DNA of 64,000 bases from a bacterium (GCA_003252295.1 QKEV01000007.1:9632-73631); one strand, 5' to 3'. Shown: positions 38,658 through 49,159, numbered from the stretch's first letter. Notes: generated by a model not told the origin, from the letters alone. Program-made: numbers and translations.

Positions 38658-38729
38658 TGACCCCACGGAGAATCGAACTCCGATTACCAGGATGAAAACC
38701 TGGCGTCCTAGCCGTTAGACGATGGGGCC
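38658..38729 (-). tRNA. tRNA-Glu(TTC), CCA not encoded
   Basis: GGCCCCA...TGGGGTC acceptor stem, CCAGG-TTTTCAT-CCTGG anticodon arm, GTTCGATTC T-loop. Confidence 0.96.
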
Positions 38730-38875
38730 ATTTGTTGTTGCATGATTCTACAATATTTTCAGTAATTTTCAAAGTATTTTGCTGTTTACGTAAAAAATAT
38801 ATATATTGACAATTTAAATATACATGCTTTAATAAAAATAGAATGGGTCAATAATTAAGCATAGGGAGGGGTGAT

Positions 38876-39328
38876 ATGAATACGATAGTGGAAAAAATTT
38901 TAAAGAAGCTTGAAAGGTGTGAAAGTTTTACTGCTATGTATCCAGTTGAACAGTGGCATGTTTTAGGTATTCCTATTGCTATTCAGGAGACGATTAATAG
39001 AATTGATGTTAACTCAGATGCTTCCCTTGTAACACTGCTGGATGCCGTGATACACGCAAACGAGCAGTTTGAGAAATGGGTTGATAATGAGTGGTGTGCA
39101 ATTAGTTATCATGATCCAAGGTATATTAAAATCAGACGAGTAGCTAAACTGCAGAAACTCTGTGACCATCACATTGATATCCTTCGGTGTTCAAACGTGG
39201 TAACAGAATTTTTAATGTTATCGCTCGTTACGCAGTTTGGCAGTCGTATGCAAAATCTGTGGCAAGAGAACCTGCTCACCATTTCAAACGTGTTATTGCT
39301 TGAGCCGGAGCTGATATTTGGCTACTAA
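38876..39328 (+). CDS. Hypothetical protein
   Basis: Own TTGACA/TTTAAT promoter, SD GGGAGGGGTG, terminator at about 39336-39367. Confidence 0.65.
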   Translation: MNTIVEKILKKLERCESFTAMYPVEQWHVLGIPIAIQETINRIDVNSDASLVTLLDAVIHANEQFEKWVDNEWCAISYHDPRYIKIRRVAKLQKLCDHHIDILRCSNVVTEFLMLSLVTQFGSRMQNLWQENLLTISNVLLLEPELIFGY

Positions 39329-39378
39329 ACACTCGAAACGCCCTTGGCAGTATGCCAAGGGCGTTTTCTCAATATAAG

Positions 39379-39412
39379 TTGACAGTACTTATTATGGGTA
39401 TATACTCATAAT
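39379..39412 (+). promoter_or_regulatory. Promoter with overlapping palindrome
   Basis: TTGACA-16-TATACT; ATTATGGGTATATACTCATAAT near-palindrome at 39391-39412. Confidence 0.6.
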
Positions 39413-39439
39413 AATATTATAAACATAACAAAAAGTAAC

Positions 39440-39655
39440 ATGCCTAATTTTGACAAAACAGGTCCAACCGGCAATGGCCCAACAGGGTTTGGTCGTGGTG
39501 GATGTAACTGTAGAGACGGTAACACTACTCCCTGCCCACAAGGACGTGGGTTTGGAGTAGCAGCTCAAGATATGACTCTTGATGAAGAGGAGAAGATGCT
39601 TGAGGAACGTCTTATTGCCATTCGTAAGGTAAAAACTGAGCAAAAGGAAGCGTAG
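39440..39655 (+). CDS. DUF5320-like protein
   Basis: MPNFDKTGPTGNGPTGFGRGGC start, C-terminal coiled coil. Confidence 0.8.
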   Translation: MPNFDKTGPTGNGPTGFGRGGCNCRDGNTTPCPQGRGFGVAAQDMTLDEEEKMLEERLIAIRKVKTEQKEA

Positions 39656-39656
39656 T

Positions 39657-39929
39657 ATGCCTAGACCTCGTTTACGACGACACATGTGTGGTACACCAGC
39701 GGTAAAGTTTTACAAGCCTGCCGGTGTCCCACTTCGTGGTATGCAGGTTGAGGAGCTCACCCATGAGGAATGGGAAGCACTTCGTCTTCGCTACATAGAG
39801 AAGCTCGACCAGACCACATCAGCTGAGCGTATGGAAACCTCTCAGAGTACATTGCAACGCATACTTGCAAGTGCTCATGAAAAAGTATGTACAGCTATTG
39901 TGACAGGTAAGGCGGTTCGCGTGGAGTAG
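39657..39929 (+). CDS. DUF134 putative DNA-binding protein
   Basis: MPRPRLRR, YKPAGVP, EEWEALRL, HTH-like segment. Confidence 0.88.
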   Translation: MPRPRLRRHMCGTPAVKFYKPAGVPLRGMQVEELTHEEWEALRLRYIEKLDQTTSAERMETSQSTLQRILASAHEKVCTAIVTGKAVRVE

Positions 39930-39962
39930 ACACTCTCAGTGTATAAATGAGACAATATTGCT

Positions 39963-40580
39963 ATGAGTAAAAAAGTGCTCATAGCAATTTTTATTTTCCT
40001 CCTTATATTTTTCTATATGGTTTTTCATGATACCCACACGGTAACTGACTTCCCTACCCGAAGTGGCCCTATTGTTGCATTTGGTGACTCACTTACTGAA
40101 GGATATGGAACAACAAAAGGTCACAACTACGTTGATATTCTTGCTCAGCGTATTGGTGAAGAGATCATCAACATGGGTGTTTCTGGTAATACAACTACTG
40201 ATGCCCTGCTTCGCATGGACGAGCTCGTTGCACAAGAGCCACGCTTAGTAATACTACTTTTGGGTGGTAATGATACTTTGCGACAAATGCCAGCTGAGCT
40301 CACTGAACAAAACCTCCGAGACATTATCGAAACACTTCATGACGAGGGTACGGCTGTGCTTCTTGTGGGAGTTTCAGGTGGTTTTGCCAATGCACAACGC
40401 TACGCAGATATGTTTGAAGAACTTGCTGATGAGTATGAACTCGCGTTTGTTCCCAATATACTCAAAGGTCTCATTGGTAGGAGTGAGTACATGTACGATG
40501 CTATACACCCTAATGACACTGGTCATGTAAAAATGGCGGACAGAATAGAACCTGAGCTGAGAATGCTTATTGAGAAGTGA
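39963..40580 (+). CDS. SGNH/GDSL arylesterase
   Basis: FGDSLT, GVSG, GGND, DAIHPN. Confidence 0.92.
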   Translation: MSKKVLIAIFIFLLIFFYMVFHDTHTVTDFPTRSGPIVAFGDSLTEGYGTTKGHNYVDILAQRIGEEIINMGVSGNTTTDALLRMDELVAQEPRLVILLLGGNDTLRQMPAELTEQNLRDIIETLHDEGTAVLLVGVSGGFANAQRYADMFEELADEYELAFVPNILKGLIGRSEYMYDAIHPNDTGHVKMADRIEPELRMLIEK

Positions 40581-40594
40581 GAACTCCGCTTAAA

Positions 40595-41398
40595 TTAGAT
40601 AAAGAGAAATACCACGAACGCAAGTACTATTCGATAAATCACAAACACATGTAGCGTGTGGTTCTTGAGAAAACGTAGTAAATAGTGGATGCAGAGAAGT
40701 CCAGATGAAAAAGCAACAAGTGAAGCAAAAAGTATAATGAACCATTCACTTTGTGGAAGCCCTGCTTCACCAAGTTCTATGAGTTTCAGTAACCCTGCAC
40801 CAAAAATAACTGGAATAGAAAGTAGGAAGGCAAAACGTGCAGATTGTTCCCTGCTGAGACCCATGAGCATACCACCTGAGATGGTGGCACCTGAGCGTGA
40901 CATACCTGGTAAGAGTGCAAGTGACTGGAAGAAGCCAACAGTGGTGGCAGTTTTTACAGTGAGTTCTTTGTGTTTGGTAAATCTTTTTGTGACACGTTCT
41001 GCGTAAAGGAAAAGCAGTGAGCCAAGTATGAGTATCCATGCCACAAACTTTGGTTCACGGAAAATTGTTTCTATTTTACTTTCAAGCAACAAACCAAGAA
41101 CAACAGCTGGTATGGTGCCGACAATGAGTCCATACAGTAGTGTTTTGTTACTTGTTTCAACCTCTTTTCTTCTGAGCAGGTCAAACAATGACTGGAGCAG
41201 TTTATAGATATCTTTTCTGAAGTAGATGAGGACCGCGAGAACTGTTGCAAAGTGTAGGGTAGCATCAACCGCAAGACCTGGGTCTGTTTCCATACCGAGT
41301 AGTTCATGTGCAATAACCAGGTGTCCTGTTGAGGAAACCGGTAGAAATTCTGTTACACCTTGCAGTAGGCCAAGTATGAGTGCGTCAATGTATGTCAT
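40595..41398 (-). CDS. uppP: Undecaprenyl-diphosphate phosphatase
   Basis: QGVTEFLPVSSTGH, PGMSRSGAT. Confidence 0.95.
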   Translation of the reverse strand: MTYIDALILGLLQGVTEFLPVSSTGHLVIAHELLGMETDPGLAVDATLHFATVLAVLIYFRKDIYKLLQSLFDLLRRKEVETSNKTLLYGLIVGTIPAVVLGLLLESKIETIFREPKFVAWILILGSLLFLYAERVTKRFTKHKELTVKTATTVGFFQSLALLPGMSRSGATISGGMLMGLSREQSARFAFLLSIPVIFGAGLLKLIELGEAGLPQSEWFIILFASLVAFSSGLLCIHYLLRFLKNHTLHVFVIYRIVLAFVVFLFI

Positions 41399-41447
41399 AC
41401 GGTATAAATGGTACACTATAGAGTATCAGTAAACCAAACATTTAACC

Positions 41448-42347
41448 ATGTTACAGAAATATCGTTTTATTGTCTTTACCTTTTTTGTTTGTCTTGCGGT
41501 CATTGGTCTTGTGTATGCAAAGTACCATGGTATTGCAAAAGATGCAGAACAAGAGCAAGAAGCTGCGGCTGAACAAGCTGCACTTGAAGATTTAAGCTTT
41601 GTGCGTGGTATACAACCTGACGATCATATTCTTGGCAACCCCAAGGCACCTATTGTATTTTTTGTATACTCTGATTTTGGTTGTACGTACTGTAAGGATT
41701 ACCATAAAACAATGCGACTTTTGACGCAGGTGTATGGAGGTGATGGAAAAATGGCTTGGGTCTTTAGACATTTACCGTATGTGCAGCTTCATCCAGAAGC
41801 ACCAATGTATGCGCTCGCAAGCGAGTGTGTTGCTTCAGAACTTGGTAATGATGCGTTTTGGGCATACACCAATCTTCTATTTGAAAATGCTGACCCACTC
41901 AACCCACTTAGTGCAAGTACGCTCGTGGAGCTTGCAGCAAGTGTTGGTGTAAACAGACAAACATTTGTTACCTGTATGCGTTCAAATGAACTTATGGATG
42001 GTGTACAAGAGGATTTTGAGGAAGGTATGACTGCAGGTGCGCAAGGTACACCATATACTATCGTTGAAACACCAGATGGTCGCTTTGTGTATCAAGGTGC
42101 ACAACCGTACCGTGTTCTTGCGATAGCTCTACAAGATGCGGTTCGTGCCTATGGTGTTAATGAAATTATGTCACCAGACAAATCATCCTCTGTTGGTCGT
42201 GAATACATGAATGATTTTGATGCAATGTTCGCAAGTACTACAGCAAGTACTAGTTCTAGTACACCAACCCCAACTCCTACACCTGTGACAACCCCTGCAC
42301 CAAGCTCAGGTGCAGGTAGTATTCTTGATGGCATTATCACAGACTAG
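41448..42347 (+). CDS. DsbA-family thioredoxin-fold protein
   Basis: YSDFGCTYC, VFRHLP, GTP; N-terminal TM. Confidence 0.88.
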   Translation: MLQKYRFIVFTFFVCLAVIGLVYAKYHGIAKDAEQEQEAAAEQAALEDLSFVRGIQPDDHILGNPKAPIVFFVYSDFGCTYCKDYHKTMRLLTQVYGGDGKMAWVFRHLPYVQLHPEAPMYALASECVASELGNDAFWAYTNLLFENADPLNPLSASTLVELAASVGVNRQTFVTCMRSNELMDGVQEDFEEGMTAGAQGTPYTIVETPDGRFVYQGAQPYRVLAIALQDAVRAYGVNEIMSPDKSSSVGREYMNDFDAMFASTTASTSSSTPTPTPTPVTTPAPSSGAGSILDGIITD

Positions 42348-45300
42348 TTCTTTTCACTAGTATCCATCATGTCTCGAAGTGCACATGCACTACACTCAGG
42401 ATCACCACAACGTTCATCCCAGAATGAAAGTGATGTTATTTTTTGAGCTATGTCACGTATGGTTGTTTTGAGCTCCTCAACCTCAACATTGGTGATCTCA
42501 AACACCTCTTTCTTGTAGTTACCACTTGCCATTGGTTCAAGAAAATCAAGAACAGCTTCCTTCATGCGATACTGTCCTTCATTGAACGTATCGAGAAGTA
42601 GTTTATAAAAAACAAGCTGACGTTTATAACCACCACTGCCTGGTGTGTTTTTTGCACTCTGTGTGGTACCCTCTATCTCATTGCGACTCCTAGGCTTACC
42701 TGTTTTGTAGTCGACAACTCGCACCTCGTGACAACGATCATCAAGACACATAAGGGTGTCAAACTTACCAGTGAGACGTATAGTATTATCAAGTAGAACC
42801 CCACGCACCAAGAGTTCATTTTTTGTTTTTTCTTCCCATGTGCCAGAGTACTTGCTGTGCCACCCAGTGAGTGACGCAGTCATTTCTTTTATGATCCGTT
42901 CAAGTGTTTGTTGGTCAATATCTGCCTCCTCCATGTACTTTGCAAAGGAATCAGTAAGGAACTGTGCGGGCGTATCAGGGTTTCTATTTCTCATGTTAAA
43001 GAAGTCTTCCAGTGCATGGTGTACAGCAGTACCTTTCTGTTGTTGTGCAGTTGGAACAAACTGTGTATGAAAAAAACTTTCATAGAACCATCTCCATGGA
43101 CAGGTTAAAAAGTTGTTGACTGCTGTTGCAGAAAGTCCTCGTTCTTCAAACGCACTCTTAACAAACTCAAGATACTTTTCACGACCATGTCTTCCTTGTC
43201 GTTCAACAAAGAGTGGTGGACGCTTTCCTGCATAGCCAAGTTCAATCCCCGTTTTGTAGGTTTTGCAGTCCTCTGTAATCTCTTCGATAAACTGTGTCGG
43301 AACACGATCACGACCATCAGGTGACCGTGCTGCGTAACTGATGAATACATCTTTGCGGGCGCGTGTTATTGCCACATAGAAGAGACGACGTTCATCATCA
43401 GTATCGTCGTCGATTAAAACAGTAGCACCGCTCCGGTATGGAAGTGTGAAGTATGACCCTTTCCGTTTGCCACCCCAGTGTCCGTCGTAGCTATTAATGA
43501 TATACACGTAGTCAAACTCAAGACCTTTTGCCTTATGTGCTGTCATGAGTCGTACAGAGTTTGGTACCTGACGTGACTTAGCTTCAAGGGTGAGGTTGTG
43601 CTCCTCCAGTATGCGCAGGAACACCTCATAGTCATCAAGTGTAAAGAATGGGTTTCGATAAACATGTGATTTCATTTCATCAAAAAGGCGCACCAGTTTA
43701 TCAAACTTCTCTGCATGGAATGATGAATTTTGTATGTGCTCAAGGAGACCTGACTCACGTACTACTGTTTCAAAGAGAATGAGGAAAGGTTCATTTTCAG
43801 CTATCGATTTCCAACGTTTTATTTTTTTTGCGAGCAACGCAATCGCTTCCGGTTTGGTGTACTCGCACATACCAGGTTTTGTAAGTACTTCAAAAACAGA
43901 AACCTTTTCCTTTTGTGCCGTTTTGAGTATGGTGAAGACATCTTGTACGTCGATACCGAGAAAGTGTATGAAGAGTAGCTTTGCAAGACAGTCGTCATCG
44001 GTGAGGTCAGCAATGCTTCGTAAGAGCATATTGAGCTTTCGAATGTCTGGATCATCAAGTACTCCATGACCAGATTCAATGAGAAATGGAATATTGAGGC
44101 GTTCAAAATAGTCAGCAATTGACTCAACGTCTCTATTGTTTCTGAATAGGACTGCTATTTCGTGCGCGGGAACCCCTTCTTGTATTTGTGCTTTTATTGA
44201 CTCTGCGAGATAGAGAAGCTCTTCATCGTCAGCGTCAAACGTGTATATTTTTGCAGAAATGTCCTGGTTTTTTTGAGGCTGTGTATAAGCAATGAGTGGT
44301 GCATCAATGGTGTCTTTGTTTTTCTTTATAAGTGAGTGTGCAGCATCAAGAACACCTTGATGGCTTCGGTAGTTTGTCTCAAGAGTGATTCTCGTGACAT
44401 TGGTGAACATCTTTTCAAAGTAGAGAAAGTTTGAAAGTGAAGCGCCTTGAAAACGAAAAATTGCCTGCTTTTCATCACCAACCACAAAGAGGTTTGGAGA
44501 ATCAAAGTAGGTTGCTAAAAGTTCTAGAATACGGTTTTGTGCACCATTGGTATCTTGATGTTCATCAACAAGAAAGTACTGGTACTCTTCTTGCAGTTCA
44601 CGGAGAAAGTCTTCATGAGTATCCATTGCCTCAATCAGCATGAGGAGTGAGTCGTCAAAATCATATCGTTTCCTTCGTGCAAGTTCATCTTGGTAGCGTC
44701 CAAAAAGGTAGCTGAGCTCTTCATTTTTTTCTATGGTACGTTGCTCCTTCTGACAGGCCCCTTTCATTTTTCCCTTATGTGCCCCTTTAGTATGGTAGAG
44801 GTCATCCCTGCTTTGAAAAGTAGTTCGTTCCTGTTCTACCCACTCAGCAAATGTCTTAGGTGTAAGTCCTTCGCGTTTGAGACTTGAGAGTGCACTGATT
44901 ATTTTAGGGACATTGTGATACGGTTCATTGATCGGTTTAAGTATTTCAAAGTGTCCACCGTCAATGATGCTACGAACAATATCAATACGTTCTACTTCAC
45001 TACAGTTACTTCTTCCTATGATCTGCTCAAAGCGTTCCGGATAGGTGTCGATGAGATGGTTAGCAAAGCTGTGAAAGGTAAAGATGGAAACTTGGTAACC
45101 ATCACTTCCTATTATTGACACGAGACGCTTGCGCATGTTTGCAGCAGCAGCGTTAGTAAAAGTGAGTGCTAGTATAGCATCAGCAGGAACATCACTGTTC
45201 TTGAGGATGTTTGCAATGCGTAATGTGAGAATTTGTGTTTTCCCTGTCCCTGGACCTGCAATAACCATGACAGGACCCTCAGTGGTATCTACTGCACGCT

Positions 45301-45358
45301 TTTGTTCACGGTTGAGCATGCTGTAGAGGCGATCAAACTCTTTTGAGGTATTCTGCAT
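42344..45358 (-). CDS. UvrD/PcrA-type helicase fused to PD-(D/E)xK nuclease
   Basis: AGPGTGKT, VDEHQD, TAHKAKGLEF, YVAITRA, VVDYKTG, 1+3 Cys pattern. Confidence 0.92.
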   Translation of the reverse strand: MQNTSKEFDRLYSMLNREQKRAVDTTEGPVMVIAGPGTGKTQILTLRIANILKNSDVPADAILALTFTNAAAANMRKRLVSIIGSDGYQVSIFTFHSFANHLIDTYPERFEQIIGRSNCSEVERIDIVRSIIDGGHFEILKPINEPYHNVPKIISALSSLKREGLTPKTFAEWVEQERTTFQSRDDLYHTKGAHKGKMKGACQKEQRTIEKNEELSYLFGRYQDELARRKRYDFDDSLLMLIEAMDTHEDFLRELQEEYQYFLVDEHQDTNGAQNRILELLATYFDSPNLFVVGDEKQAIFRFQGASLSNFLYFEKMFTNVTRITLETNYRSHQGVLDAAHSLIKKNKDTIDAPLIAYTQPQKNQDISAKIYTFDADDEELLYLAESIKAQIQEGVPAHEIAVLFRNNRDVESIADYFERLNIPFLIESGHGVLDDPDIRKLNMLLRSIADLTDDDCLAKLLFIHFLGIDVQDVFTILKTAQKEKVSVFEVLTKPGMCEYTKPEAIALLAKKIKRWKSIAENEPFLILFETVVRESGLLEHIQNSSFHAEKFDKLVRLFDEMKSHVYRNPFFTLDDYEVFLRILEEHNLTLEAKSRQVPNSVRLMTAHKAKGLEFDYVYIINSYDGHWGGKRKGSYFTLPYRSGATVLIDDDTDDERRLFYVAITRARKDVFISYAARSPDGRDRVPTQFIEEITEDCKTYKTGIELGYAGKRPPLFVERQGRHGREKYLEFVKSAFEERGLSATAVNNFLTCPWRWFYESFFHTQFVPTAQQQKGTAVHHALEDFFNMRNRNPDTPAQFLTDSFAKYMEEADIDQQTLERIIKEMTASLTGWHSKYSGTWEEKTKNELLVRGVLLDNTIRLTGKFDTLMCLDDRCHEVRVVDYKTGKPRSRNEIEGTTQSAKNTPGSGGYKRQLVFYKLLLDTFNEGQYRMKEAVLDFLEPMASGNYKKEVFEITNVEVEELKTTIRDIAQKITSLSFWDERCGDPECSACALRDMMDTSEKN

Positions 45359-45442
45359 GGAGAGAGTATAGCACGGAGCAGAAAAGTTTTTTTAATTACA
45401 TAAATACACCCTGAGATGTCTCAGGGTGTATTGTGATTTTTA

Positions 45443-46888
45443 CTAGTAGTTACGTAGGCAACGTGCCATTTCGTGATGCCGTATTTTCTCAATAGCTTTT
45501 GCTTCAATTTGTCGAATACGTTCACGGGTAACACCAAACTCACGACCGACCTCTTCAAGGGTATGGTAAATACCATCCTCCAGTCCGTGCCGAAGCACAA
45601 GAATCTTACGTTCTTTTGGAGATAGGAAGTCGAGTATTGTGTGTAGCTGTTCAGTGAGGATCTTATGTGCGGTATCCTGATCCGGACTATCCATCGTCTC
45701 ATCTTTAATGAAGTCACGGAGTACACTTCTGTCGTCGTCTGCGTCACCTACAGGACTTTCAAGCGAGATGGTATCCTGACTGATCTTTTCAATGAGGTAT
45801 ATCTTGTCTACCTCTATACCCATTTCGATAGCAACTTCCTCCTGCGACGGGTCACGACCAAGGTCTTGTGAAAGTCGTCTGAACACTTGCTTGTACTTAG
45901 TGATCGTTTCTACCATGTGCACTGGAATACGAATAGTTCTTGACTGATCAGCGAGTGCGCGTGTTATCGCCTGTCGTATCCACCAAGTGGCATAGGTAGA
46001 GAACTTGTACCCCTTTGTATAGTCAAACTTATCTACTGCTTTAAAGAGTCCGATATTACCCTCCTGAATAAGGTCAAGGAGTGTAAGATCAGGACTTCTA
46101 CCAATGTAGCGTTTTGCAATAGAAACAACGAGTCGCAGGTTTGATCGAGCAAGTAAGTTTCTTGCCTCTTCTTCACCTTCCATGACGCGTTTTGCCAATG
46201 CACGTTCCTCTTGTACGTTCAAAAGATGGTACTGTCCTATCTCACGAAGGTACATTTGTATGGAATCATGAGCAGAGTTTCGTGCATGTCGGTGGTATGT
46301 GTTCTTTTCACTTGGTGTGAGGATCTTTTCATCACTCAAAATGTTACCACCTTCAATAACATCAATGCTTGCTGCATTGAGCTTATCGTACAGGTCATCC
46401 AGTAAGGTAATGTCATCTTCAATTCGAGGAAACTCACGAAGTATCTCGTCATAGATAACATAACCACGCTCTCTTCCTTTTTGGAGGAGATTTTCAACCT
46501 TATTATGCTGTTCTTGTTGTTTAGGTGAAAGTTTTACTGTTGCTTTCTTTTTAGCAACAGCTTTCTTTGGAGCTGCTTTCTTTGGCACACTCTTTTTAGC
46601 GACTTGCTTTGCTTTAGCCGCTTTTTCCTTCACAACTTTTTTGAGCTGTTTACCGGTCAATTTCTTTTTTTTGACCGCCGCCACCTTTTTGGTTGCAGCT
46701 CGTCCCGCTTTAGCGGTAGTATTCTTTTTTTTCGCGACAGGCCTTTTGGTCTTTACTGTCGCCTTTGTTTTTGTAACCTTTTTAGCTGCCTGTGCAGCTT
46801 TTGTTTTGGTTACTGTTTTTTTTACAGACGCCTTTTTGGCGACCGTTTTTTTGGACGCTTTTTTCTTATGTAATGTTTTAGCAGCCAT
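45443..46888 (-). CDS. rpoD: Primary sigma-70 factor with Lys/Ala-rich N-terminal tail
   Basis: [42 protein letters not shown]; downstream of dnaG. Confidence 0.95.
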   Translation of the reverse strand: MAAKTLHKKKASKKTVAKKASVKKTVTKTKAAQAAKKVTKTKATVKTKRPVAKKKNTTAKAGRAATKKVAAVKKKKLTGKQLKKVVKEKAAKAKQVAKKSVPKKAAPKKAVAKKKATVKLSPKQQEQHNKVENLLQKGRERGYVIYDEILREFPRIEDDITLLDDLYDKLNAASIDVIEGGNILSDEKILTPSEKNTYHRHARNSAHDSIQMYLREIGQYHLLNVQEERALAKRVMEGEEEARNLLARSNLRLVVSIAKRYIGRSPDLTLLDLIQEGNIGLFKAVDKFDYTKGYKFSTYATWWIRQAITRALADQSRTIRIPVHMVETITKYKQVFRRLSQDLGRDPSQEEVAIEMGIEVDKIYLIEKISQDTISLESPVGDADDDRSVLRDFIKDETMDSPDQDTAHKILTEQLHTILDFLSPKERKILVLRHGLEDGIYHTLEEVGREFGVTRERIRQIEAKAIEKIRHHEMARCLRNY

Positions 46889-46920
46889 GTGTAATGGTTA
46901 CGATGAGTATATAGTACTCT

Positions 46921-48654
46921 TTACATATGTTCAAGTGTCTCCTTAAGTTTTGAAAGCCCTGTGACTTCTTTGATGAGTAATTCAGTTTCTTGTGTATCGT
47001 TGCGTGCTTCTGCTTCACGGAGTCTACGCATGAGGTCAGCAAGTTTTTCTACCATGGTCATTTTAGAAAGTTCTTTACTGAGTTCTGTGAGTCGACCAAG
47101 TGGTGACTCAGGTTGCTCACAAATGATTTCTGCTTGCATTGCGAGCGTTTCCTTTTCCTCAGTATATTTGGAAAGTAAGTCTGCATATGAAAGATGCATG
47201 GACTCTTCAAGTTTTGATACTTCATCAGTGGTGACATCTTTTTTTTCTAAGCCATCCTGCCAAAAAAGAATACCTGCTATTGTTTTTTCTAGATCTTTTT
47301 TTCTAGAAAAAGTGTTTTTTTGTACTTCAGGTCTCTGACCTTGTGTACCTCTTGGCACACCGTAGCTAGTGGCACTTTTTAGAGTACGTATATCGGTGTA
47401 CACCGCTTCTTCAGGTATACCTAGCATGTTTGCAACTCGTTGAACAAAGTGTGCCTGATCAGTGGCACTCTGTATAAGTGCCACGTACGGGTATACTAAG
47501 TTCTGTGCTTCAAGGAGTAACTTCCTGTTATCCCATGATGCTTCTCTTGACCTATCGATAAGTGTTGTGAGGTAAAAGTCTACTATATGCACTGCTCCTT
47601 TGATTGCTTCCTTCCATGCTGAAACGTCTTCAAGGATACAGTCAGCTGGATCTTTACCTAGGGGAACCTTTGCAACCTTGAGGTCGATACCTCGCTTGAG
47701 TGCTAAGATTGCCGCTCTTCCACTCGAAGCAATACCGGCAGGGTCAGCATCAAAGGCAGTTACAATTTTTTTTGTAAGTCGGTCTATAAGGGTAAGGTGT
47801 TGCTCCGTAAGTCCTGTGCCTGAGACAGCTACAGTGTTACCGTATCCAGCTTGATGACACATGACAATATCCATTTGTCCCTCAACAAGAATTGCAAAAT
47901 CATACTTTCGTATGTGCTGTTTTGCCTTATCGTAGCCATACAGTATCCTGCTTTTATCAAAAAGTTGTGTTTCAGGAGAGTTGAGGTACTTTGCATTGTT
48001 TTTATCCTCAGCGGCTTCACCAAATATTCTGCCACTAAATGCAACAACCCTACCTGTGCTGTCCATGATAGGAAATATGATGCGTGAGCGAAAACGGTCA
48101 TAGTACCTACCACTCTCACCTTTTTTTATGAGACCAGCACGTTCCATTTCTGTTTCTGTGTACTTCATTCTGGTAAGGTGCTCATGAAGTGCCTGCCAAA
48201 CTGCCGGAGCATAGCCAAGTCGAAAACTTCGCATGGTTGCCATTTCAAGACCACGTTTTTGTAGGTAATCTTGGGCAGGTTTTTCTTCACTAAGTTTTGT
48301 TTCAAAAAAGCGACATGCTTCTTCCGTTATTGCATAGAGACGGTCACGTGCATCACGTGATGCTTGATGTTCATGTTGCAACTGTACACCTGCTTTATCA
48401 GCAAGAATTTTCAAGGCGCCTTTAAAATCAACACCTTCCATTTTTTGTACAAAGGAAAATATGTCGCCACCCTGACTCGTAGAAAAGTCGTAGTACATTC
48501 CCTTATCTGGACTGACAAAGAAGCTTGGTGTTTTTTCATTAGTAAAAGGAGAAAGTCCTTTATAGTTTTTTCCTGCTTTTGTGAGTTTTGCGTACTGACC
48601 AACAACATCAACAATGTTGAGTTTATCTTTGATTTCCTGCACTTGGTCGCTCAT
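46921..48654 (-). CDS. dnaG: DNA primase
   Basis: EKTPSF, DRFRSRIIFPI, KYLNSPET, VEGQMD, FDADPAG, KDPAD. Confidence 0.96.
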   Translation of the reverse strand: MSDQVQEIKDKLNIVDVVGQYAKLTKAGKNYKGLSPFTNEKTPSFFVSPDKGMYYDFSTSQGGDIFSFVQKMEGVDFKGALKILADKAGVQLQHEHQASRDARDRLYAITEEACRFFETKLSEEKPAQDYLQKRGLEMATMRSFRLGYAPAVWQALHEHLTRMKYTETEMERAGLIKKGESGRYYDRFRSRIIFPIMDSTGRVVAFSGRIFGEAAEDKNNAKYLNSPETQLFDKSRILYGYDKAKQHIRKYDFAILVEGQMDIVMCHQAGYGNTVAVSGTGLTEQHLTLIDRLTKKIVTAFDADPAGIASSGRAAILALKRGIDLKVAKVPLGKDPADCILEDVSAWKEAIKGAVHIVDFYLTTLIDRSREASWDNRKLLLEAQNLVYPYVALIQSATDQAHFVQRVANMLGIPEEAVYTDIRTLKSATSYGVPRGTQGQRPEVQKNTFSRKKDLEKTIAGILFWQDGLEKKDVTTDEVSKLEESMHLSYADLLSKYTEEKETLAMQAEIICEQPESPLGRLTELSKELSKMTMVEKLADLMRRLREAEARNDTQETELLIKEVTGLSKLKETLEHM

Positions 48655-48749
48655 AGGTAGCTCTATGGTACACGTGAGAAGGTGATTTCACAACAAAAAA
48701 TGCACCTAGTAGGTGCATTTTTTGTAATAATTTGTAGTTTAGTAACGGT

Positions 48750-49121
48750 TTATATGTTAACCGATGGAATATCAATTGTTCCGCCAACCTCAACGCCTAC
48801 CATCTCTGCAAGAATATCTACTAATCCCCAAACAGAAACCATAACGAATAGTGCGAAAATACCCCAAACCATTTTACGTTTACCTTCAGCAGCTGCTTCT
48901 GAATCACCAGATGCAATGATAAATTGCACGAGACCCCAAATGAAAAAGAGTAAGCCAAGTGCGATTGCAAGTGGGATCAACTGGGTTATTAGTTCAGCGA
49001 TCGCTTGTACTCCATTATCTATGTACGATAAATCAGGGCTTTGTGCGTACGTTAGACTAAATGGAAAAATAGCCATTCCAGCAACGATAAGTAAGCTTTG
49101 TGTTATATTTTTCATATTCAT
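48750..49121 (-). CDS. VirB2/TrbC-like pilin
   Basis: Signal peptide, two TM helices around ASGDSEAAAEGKRKMVWGI. Confidence 0.75.
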   Translation of the reverse strand: MNMKNITQSLLIVAGMAIFPFSLTYAQSPDLSYIDNGVQAIAELITQLIPLAIALGLLFFIWGLVQFIIASGDSEAAAEGKRKMVWGIFALFVMVSVWGLVDILAEMVGVEVGGTIDIPSVNI

Positions 49122-49159
49122 GTACTCTATACTAGCACATTAATTAATAATTGTCAACA

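Noticed and set aside
42344-45358. Helicase-nuclease as a novel defence system
   Set aside because: Sits in housekeeping context after dnaG-rpoD and fits known UvrD plus PD-(D/E)xK repair enzymes.
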